Positions 63,343 through 64,000 of a stretch of DNA of 64,000 nt are shown here, piece after piece. The stretch is taken from the sequence record KT919972.1. One strand, written 5' to 3'. A program made the position numbers and the translations under genes. Under the pieces are notes generated by a model. It did not search any database and had not been told where the DNA came from. It saw only the letters and a list, made by a program, of their open reading frames with translations. How positions within the stretch are numbered: position 1 is the stretch's first letter; each line of letters begins with the position of its first letter.

Positions 63343-63454
63343 ACACTTTCGTAAACTATACTGCAAGCACACTAACAGGAATGAAACAAGTGTATGTGGC
63401 ATTATATTCTGGTCGTGTCCTGACTGCGGCGATGATAATTATCGCGATAGATAA
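63329..63454 (+). CDS. 41-aa zinc-ribbon-like peptide (below track cutoff)
   Basis: MVLFKHFRKLYCKH...C...WSCPDCGDDNYRDR*; stop lies at the terminator. Confidence 0.5.
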   Translation: MVLFKHFRKLYCKHTNRNETSVCGIIFWSCPDCGDDNYRDR

Positions 63455-63476
63455 AGCTCCTTCGGGAGCTTTTTTT
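63453..63476 (+). terminator. Intrinsic terminator
   Basis: aaagctcc-ttcg-ggagctttttt. Confidence 0.85.
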
Positions 63477-63528
63477 GTATCTGAAACATGACATAAGTAC
63501 TCATAACAGTATATGAGTGAGACTTATC

Positions 63529-64000
63529 ATGGCATTTATGAAAAAAGAGAAAGACACAAAAGACATTACAGAAGCAGATGTACAGTACGCAATTGCCGTA
63601 CAAAGCGTATGGATTCACAAGAGATACACAGCGGTTATACCAAACTGTTACACCAAGTTCGATAATGAAGCTGATTTATTTGGTATTCGACCAAGTGGTT
63701 TATGTGATGAGATTGAAATCAAAGTATCTAAAGCAGATTATCGAGTTGACGAGCAGAAAACTGTTCTAATCGAAAATGAGTCTTACGATCACTGGCGTGA
63801 CAAGTATACCAAAACACCAAAACGTGATGCATTGCAAGATGGTAAAATGAGCAATTACTTCTGGTATGCATTCCCGCAAGGTCTTGTAGACCATGCTGAT
63901 GTACCTGAGTGGGCTGGTATAATCGAAGTAGATGGTTTTCTCAATGCAAGAGAAGTAAGAATGCCAAAACGTCTACACGGTGGAAAGATGACAATCGAAG
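63529..64000 (+). CDS. MmcB-like PD-(D/E)xK nuclease-fold protein (truncated by the window end, absent from the ORF track)
   Basis: Frame open to 64000: NEADLFGI..SG..DEIEIKVSKADY..D...NYFWYA.P...WAGII. Confidence 0.65.
   Translation, partial: MAFMKKEKDTKDITEADVQYAIAVQSVWIHKRYTAVIPNCYTKFDNEADLFGIRPSGLCDEIEIKVSKADYRVDEQKTVLIENESYDHWRDKYTKTPKRDALQDGKMSNYFWYAFPQGLVDHADVPEWAGIIEVDGFLNAREVRMPKRLHGGKMTIE

Noticed and set aside
1-64000. tRNA/rRNA genes, integrase, transposase
   Set aside because: No cloverleaf/T-loop signatures in the few intergenic gaps and no recombinase motifs recognised; tRNAscan would be needed to exclude them formally.

Overview
A 64-kb, almost entirely plus-strand segment of a large T4-related lytic phage genome. 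The gene content best matches the KVP40/nt-1 group of Vibrio phages (inference from gene content and RNA ligase 2 similarity). Core T4-type genes: dexA (partial), a RegB-like RNase, td, topoisomerase 39(+60), ligase 30, an Alt-like ADP-ribosyltransferase, glutaredoxin, 24, 55, 47, 46, 45, 44, 62, regA, 43, rnlA, spanins, pseT, cd, 31, 49 and RNA ligase 2. The window also holds a 7-deazaguanine DNA-modification cluster (queD-like, folE, dpdA/TGT-like, queF, queC, glutamine amidotransferase) and many small accessory ORFs behind recognisable promoters. Most notable: (i) about ten dispersed ORFs, mostly behind late-promoter-like motifs, whose N-termini resemble the T4 capsid-targeting sequence (MKxF.E..LxE), suggesting a packaged and injected arsenal (ART, SAM methyltransferase, zincin peptidase, acidic HEAT-like protein, and a 4-5 member paralog family with a shared N-domain and variable C-termini); (ii) a 67-aa type IV prepilin mimic; (iii) a signal-peptide-bearing HExxHxxGxxH protease; (iv) promoters repeatedly built into terminators or palindromes and followed by a conserved leader; (v) orphan NADAR and macrodomain genes. 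No tRNA, CRISPR array, intron, intein or integrase was recognised. All protein assignments are by-eye motif recognition; no database searches were run.
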